From Opitutales bacterium (GTDB taxonomy: Bacteria > Verrucomicrobiota > Verrucomicrobiia > Opitutales > PNEW01): a stretch of DNA of 32,000 nt. The notes under the pieces were generated by a model. That model made no database searches. It was not told the origin of the DNA and saw nothing but the letters and a program-made list of their open reading frames with translations. The stretch spans positions 330,001-362,000 of the forward strand of contig CBDCNV010000001.1 of the NCBI GenBank assembly GCA_965219535.1. The letters are read 5' to 3'. The position numbers and the translations under genes were made by a program. This document shows positions 27,829 through 32,000 of this stretch, one piece after another; within the stretch, counting starts at the first letter, position 1, and each line of letters starts with the position of its first letter.

Positions 27829-28557
27829 CTAAAAACTTTCCGGTAAATAATTAAGAAGGATGTTCTCTGCCTGCCTCATTGCCTCAGGATCGTCCACGTC
27901 GATCCAAAATTTACCCGAGAATTCAGCCGCATTCACACGACCCTGCGAGGCTAAGATACATACCCCTCCGCTGAGGGTAGTATTGTCGTGCTGCTCAGCG
28001 CTTTGTTCTAATGCTTCAAAAATAGCGGGTGTGCACAGGAAGATACCGGTGTCAAAACCATTATAATTTGCCAGTCCCTTCCCTATTTCCAAAACTTTCC
28101 CTTTTTCTATTTTAACGCGAGTTACGTCGTCGAGATTTACCGAGGGATTGTCGATTGCTCTATCTACGGCCAAATTTATTTCGTCGTGCGGTAAAGGAAC
28201 TTCCATTAATTCGTGGAGCGTATTCGGGTCGAAGATATGATCTGACATAAGAAGAAGAAAAGGTTCCTGTATATAGTCTCTCGCTTTCAACACCGATAGG
28301 CCATTTTCCTGTTGCCAATCTTCATTGAAGATAGCTCGAATGGGAATCTTTAGTCGCGCGGATAAATCCTTCAAAAATGAAGTGACATTTTCATTTTGAT
28401 AACCTGTGACGACAAAGAACTCATCAACATCCGCAACCATGGCGGAACGGATGACCCGTTCAATTAAAGGAACACCAAAAACGGGTATAAGCGGCTTGCT
28501 GTTACCCCGTAACTGAAGCCGACTGCCTTTTCCGGCTGCTATGATCAGGCATTTCAT
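27829..28557 (-). CDS. Nucleotidyltransferase resembling CTP:inositol-1-phosphate cytidylyltransferase (IPCT)
   Basis: MKCLIIAAGKGSRL NTP-binding loop. MSDHIF, GFDTGIFLCTPAIFEAL and WIDVDDPEAMRQAE are collinear with the IPCT domain of the archaeal/Thermotoga IPCT-DIPPS enzymes as I remember them. ATG at 28557 has GAAGGTGA 8 nt upstream. The track start GTG at 28569 is also possible. Confidence 0.7.
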   Translation of the reverse strand: MKCLIIAAGKGSRLQLRGNSKPLIPVFGVPLIERVIRSAMVADVDEFFVVTGYQNENVTSFLKDLSARLKIPIRAIFNEDWQQENGLSVLKARDYIQEPFLLLMSDHIFDPNTLHELMEVPLPHDEINLAVDRAIDNPSVNLDDVTRVKIEKGKVLEIGKGLANYNGFDTGIFLCTPAIFEALEQSAEQHDNTTLSGGVCILASQGRVNAAEFSGKFWIDVDDPEAMRQAENILLNYLPESF

Positions 28558-29668
28558 GGTCCGGATCACCTTCTGTCATCTCAACGATAAACTTTTCCAT
28601 CATATGAAAAGCCTCATCATCAGTAAACTGGCGAGGTGGATGTTTACAGAAATATGCTGCAGGTGCGTAAAGAATGCCACCTTGCCCGCGGTTTAAAGCT
28701 AGTTTTGCGCAGCGGATAGCATCGATAGCGACACCAGCCGAATTTGGAGAATCTTCTACCGAAAGCCGAAGTTCAAGATTCATCGGCACATTTCCAAAAA
28801 GCAGACCTTCCATGCGGATAAAACAAACTTTATTGTCATTCTGCCAGGGCACGTAATCACTCGGACCGATGTGGATGCTGTCTTCATCCATTCGACAGGC
28901 GGTGACTGACTGAACGGCTTCAGTTTTTGAAATCTTTTTAGAAGCGAGACGACTGCGACTGAGCATGTTAAGAAAATCCGTATTGCCTCCGGTATTAAGC
29001 TGGTAAGTTTTTTCCAATTTAACACCGCGTTTTTTAAATAAATCAGTCAACGCTCGATGAGTGATTGTCGCCCCCAGTTGAGCTTTAATATCATCACCGA
29101 TTATGGGTAGATTTTTTTGAGCGAATTTCTTAGCCCACTCAGGATCGCTGGCAATAAATACGGGTATATTATTGATAAATGCTACTTCGGCATCCAATGC
29201 GCATTGGGCATAAAATCGCGTCGCTTCCTCCGACCCGACGGGCAGATAATTGACAAGAATGTCAGCGCCGGAATCTCTGATTACATCGACAACTTCCTTA
29301 TCTGATGGTTCAGTTTCTTCGGATTTAATGAAAGTCTGTTTATCCTTGAAATCCTGCATATGGGGGGCAAACCCATCGAGCAGTTTTCCCATTTTCACCC
29401 TCACACCCGATGGTGGTAAATCTCCACAAAAAATTTGCGTGCAATTCGGTTCGGCAAAAATCGCTTCGTTTACATCTTTGCCTACTTTTCGTTTATCGAT
29501 ATCAAAGGCAGCGACTACTTCGATATCATTAGGTTTATAATCGCCAATCTCACTGTGCATTAGACCAATCGCACGCTCCAGATTTTCATCCTGATAAAAG
29601 TGAATTCCCTGGATCAATGAGCTGGCGCAATTACCTAGCCCGACCAGGGCAATTTTAATTTTTCTCAT
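28502..29668 (-). CDS. ino1: myo-inositol-1-phosphate synthase (inositol-3-phosphate synthase)
   Basis: 388 aa. Rossmann start IKIALVGLGNCASSLIQGI, NTGGNTDF, SKKISKTEAV and the catalytic-region motifs of prokaryotic MIPS. The ~25-aa non-conserved tail overlaps the next gene. Confidence 0.85.
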   Translation of the reverse strand: MRKIKIALVGLGNCASSLIQGIHFYQDENLERAIGLMHSEIGDYKPNDIEVVAAFDIDKRKVGKDVNEAIFAEPNCTQIFCGDLPPSGVRVKMGKLLDGFAPHMQDFKDKQTFIKSEETEPSDKEVVDVIRDSGADILVNYLPVGSEEATRFYAQCALDAEVAFINNIPVFIASDPEWAKKFAQKNLPIIGDDIKAQLGATITHRALTDLFKKRGVKLEKTYQLNTGGNTDFLNMLSRSRLASKKISKTEAVQSVTACRMDEDSIHIGPSDYVPWQNDNKVCFIRMEGLLFGNVPMNLELRLSVEDSPNSAGVAIDAIRCAKLALNRGQGGILYAPAAYFCKHPPRQFTDDEAFHMMEKFIVEMTEGDPDHEMPDHSSRKRQSASVTG

Positions 29669-29673
29669 CGCAT

Positions 29674-29702
29674 ATTAATTTTCATAAATCACGTATTGTC
29701 AA
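29674..29702 (-). promoter_or_regulatory. Candidate sigma70-type promoter directly abutting the MIPS start codon
   Basis: On the minus strand: TTGACA (29702-29697), 17-nt spacer, ATTAAT (29679-29674), then atgcg and the ATG at 29668. If used, the transcript would be leaderless or nearly so. It could be chance in AT-rich DNA. Confidence 0.3.
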
Positions 29703-29750
29703 GATAATGACAACAACGTAATGTTGTGCAACGAAGTAGAATCAGAGAAC

Positions 29751-30734
29751 TTAATCCCGCTCTAAAAACCATGCCACTGCATCTTTTAGCGCTTCGTTTG
29801 CAGGTCTTGGTTTATATCCTAATTCCCGTTTGGCTTTGGCCGTGGAAAAATACATCTTCTTTTTTGCTAAACGAACACCATCCACGGTTACTAATGGTTC
29901 TTTAGCGTGCGTCAACCGCGCCAGACACTCAACAATATAGGCAATAGGCAATACGAAGTTGTGGGGGATCTGGAATAGTGGTGGAGCATTTCCAGTAACT
30001 TTTGAAATTTCTAAAAGTATTTTATGTAAACTCATATCTTCACCACCTAAAATGTAACGTTCACCGATCTTTCCCTTGTCAAAAGCAAGCAGGTGACCTT
30101 GTGCAACGTCATCGACATGAACAATATTTAAACCCGTATTCACATAAACAGGAATCTTTCCGTTAATCGCATCGAGAATCATACGTCCCGTAGGTGTCGG
30201 TTTTATGTCTCGTGGACCCACGGGTGTCGAAGGGTTAACAATAATGACGGGTAAATTTTCATTCTTAATTAAAGCATCTACTTCTTGTTCAGCCAGAAAT
30301 TTTGAACGTTTGTAATGGCCGATCATATCATTGAGAGATACGGGAGTCGTTTCATCAGCAGGGGTTTCATCTTTATTTATACCGAGAGTTGCAACGCTGC
30401 TCGTGTAGACGATACGCTGAGTACCGCATTGCGCAGCCGCGGTCATCAGATTACGAGTACCGTCGACATTGTGGTGGTAAATTTCCGAAGGATTCGGTAC
30501 CCACAAACGATAGTCCGCAGCTACGTGGAATAAAGAATCGCAATCCTTTAAGGCCCTGAGGAGAGAGTCTCGATCAGTTAAATCTCCGATTACGATCTCA
30601 ACGTCCAACCCATCGAGATTACGTTGATCGCTGTTTTGACGGATGAGGGCACGTACCTTTTGGCCTTCTTTAAGCAGCTGCCTGAGAACGGCAGAGCCTA
30701 AAAAGCCGGTAGAACCTGTAATTAAAGTTGTCAT
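29751..30734 (-). CDS. hpnA: Hopanoid-associated NAD-dependent sugar epimerase/dehydratase
   Basis: TGSTGFLGSAV Rossmann motif, HVAADYRLW, YKRSKFLAE (YxxxK), PTPTGR, VHVDDVAQGH, and a C-terminal VTVDGVRLAKKKMYFSTAKAKRELGY block. All are typical of the HpnA subfamily, and it sits next to shc/hpnG. Confidence 0.8.
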   Translation of the reverse strand: MTTLITGSTGFLGSAVLRQLLKEGQKVRALIRQNSDQRNLDGLDVEIVIGDLTDRDSLLRALKDCDSLFHVAADYRLWVPNPSEIYHHNVDGTRNLMTAAAQCGTQRIVYTSSVATLGINKDETPADETTPVSLNDMIGHYKRSKFLAEQEVDALIKNENLPVIIVNPSTPVGPRDIKPTPTGRMILDAINGKIPVYVNTGLNIVHVDDVAQGHLLAFDKGKIGERYILGGEDMSLHKILLEISKVTGNAPPLFQIPHNFVLPIAYIVECLARLTHAKEPLVTVDGVRLAKKKMYFSTAKAKRELGYKPRPANEALKDAVAWFLERD

Positions 30735-30908
30735 CGATAAGTTTCCATTTCGATTTTCAGTCTGTTAAAAAATACTTTTTGGAGTCAAAGTGAGGACAGT
30801 TGCGATTTCGATCAAGAGAGTTTCTCAATAGGCCCGGTGTTAAATAACATCATGTGCTTTGGAGCTGTTATTCGTCACTTATAACTTACCCTTCAATCAA
30901 GTAAGAGC

Positions 30909-31661
30909 TTACTGACAAAGAAAATTGTTGGGAGAAATTTTTGCAACTTCCTTTAATGTTTTTTTGGCCGCTGAGAATTGATGTCCTAATTGTGCTAAAG
31001 CGATCCAATCGAGTGGGTGTAGCATTGCCTGTTTGATAAGAGAAAGTCTTCTTACTTGTCCACCGGTATCCAGCGAATTTAAAATACTTTGTGGAATTCG
31101 TCGATTACTGGTATCTGCGATTGCTCTAACCGTGAGAAAAATTAATTTATGTTTGTGCGCAACTTTGGCAATAGCCGCGCTCTCCATATCGACTGCTATC
31201 GCGCGCGATTTTTCATACAGCAAATTTTTCTCATCAGGATCAGCTATAATTTGACTACGTTCCAATAAACAATCCTTACGGGTATGTAATTTATCCGATA
31301 ATAGAGGGTATAGACGATTATGCCAATCTCTGTCTACTGGTAATACAATTCCACTTTCACATTGAATTTGCTCAGGAAGAAGGAGACTCCCCGCTTCAAG
31401 TTCACTCGTTAACCCTGCTGCGCAGCCCCAGCTAAGCAGGGCACTTACACCTTGCTCAACTAATTGTGTCGCCGCTTCACCAGCGCGTTCAGGACCAGCT
31501 CCAGAAAGAAAGAGAGTGACGTCATCTTTTAAATTTAAAGAACTGCCGCTTTCAATTGTCTGGTTGCTAAGACTCTTTAGTTCTTCAGACAGTGCTACGA
31601 TAATTCCCAGTTTCACAAGCTTCCCGCTGAGAGAAGAGTTTTGTAACGTGCGAGGGCCCAT
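30909..31661 (-). CDS. hpnG: Hopanoid-associated phosphorylase/nucleosidase (PNP/UDP family)
   Basis: KLGIIVALSEE, SWGCAAGL and VDMESAAIA motifs of the nucleoside phosphorylase fold, immediately downstream of shc. The track start ATG at 31661 overlaps shc by 49 nt. In-frame GTG at 31616 forms a GTGA start/stop overlap with the shc stop and is an equally good start. Confidence 0.75.
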   Translation of the reverse strand: MGPRTLQNSSLSGKLVKLGIIVALSEELKSLSNQTIESGSSLNLKDDVTLFLSGAGPERAGEAATQLVEQGVSALLSWGCAAGLTSELEAGSLLLPEQIQCESGIVLPVDRDWHNRLYPLLSDKLHTRKDCLLERSQIIADPDEKNLLYEKSRAIAVDMESAAIAKVAHKHKLIFLTVRAIADTSNRRIPQSILNSLDTGGQVRRLSLIKQAMLHPLDWIALAQLGHQFSAAKKTLKEVAKISPNNFLCQ

Positions 31662-32000
31662 AGCGGAAAGTACTTATCGTAACCATGGTACTTTAAATAA
31701 AATACGCGGGAAAACCCCGGTGCCGTGAATTCCTCATCATCCCAAAGTCCGGATGGAGTTTGCGTGCTCAGCAAGAAATCTATGCCCCGTTCCGTCTCAA
31801 GGGTATTACCTTCTCCGGCCGCCATTAGTCCGAGAAGTGCCCATGCGGTCTGGAAAGAATTACTTCTCGACGCTTGTCCGCGAGAGCTGATGTCTGCATA
31901 AGAATCATTACTTTCACCCCATCCGCCGTCATCGCGCTGTTTGGATTTTAGCCAGCTGGCGGCCTTCCGCATGAGCGGATCGTCGCCGCCAATCCCTGCT
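31613..32000 (-). CDS. shc: Squalene-hopene cyclase, C-terminal end (gene continues beyond the window)
   Basis: The frame is open to base 32000 (…GIGGDDPLMRKAASWLKSKQRDDGGWGES…). It has QW-type repeats (QRDDGGWGE, TPSGLWDDE) and the characteristic C-terminus GFSRVFYLKYHGYDKYFPLWALARY. Confidence 0.9.
   Translation of the reverse strand, partial: AGIGGDDPLMRKAASWLKSKQRDDGGWGESNDSYADISSRGQASRSNSFQTAWALLGLMAAGEGNTLETERGIDFLLSTQTPSGLWDDEEFTAPGFSRVFYLKYHGYDKYFPLWALARYKTLLSAGSL

Noticed and set aside
1-32000. Defence systems, toxin-antitoxin pairs, CRISPR arrays, prophage or secondary-metabolite core enzymes.
   Set aside because: The translations show no nuclease/helicase/ATPase defence-type genes, repeat-spacer arrays, small paired ORFs, phage structural genes, or PKS/NRPS/RiPP signatures.

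Overview
About 40% G+C bacterial chromosomal segment, densely coding, with about 27 supportable protein genes. I saw no rRNA, tRNA, CRISPR array, transposase, integrase or phage genes. The taxon cannot be fixed from sequence alone; a YQW-type Ig-like domain, hopanoid genes and low GC fit a marine PVC/Verrucomicrobiota-like organism, but only weakly. Left half (1-15.3 kb) is mostly housekeeping and transport: the 3' end of a TonB-dependent receptor, type II NADH dehydrogenase, an NhaC-family transporter, dcd, a TIM-barrel isomerase-like gene coupled to pyrC, a small membrane protein, a SAM methyltransferase, a YyaL-like thioredoxin-domain protein, aat, a SulP/STAS anion transporter and a lipase-like alpha/beta hydrolase. 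Middle (15.4-19.1 kb) holds two tandem paralogous secreted proteins built from four copies of a module I do not recognise. The longer one carries a 1.2 kb 3' extension with sharply different G+C and codon usage. 19.3-24.7 kb is a locus with three divergent PhyH-type Fe(II)/2-oxoglutarate dioxygenases, an SDR, an SMP-30-type lactonase, and a Tsr3/DTW-like plus SixA gene pair. Right end (25.5-32 kb, all minus strand) reads shc, hpnG, hpnA, myo-inositol-1-phosphate synthase, IPCT-like cytidylyltransferase, a 399-bp spacer, then dxs. The best candidate for something undescribed is this CDP-inositol-forming gene pair inside a hopanoid/isoprenoid block, with no CDP-alcohol transferase in the window. 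The chimeric secreted-protein pair comes second. All functional calls rest on motif recognition from the translations; no searches were run.
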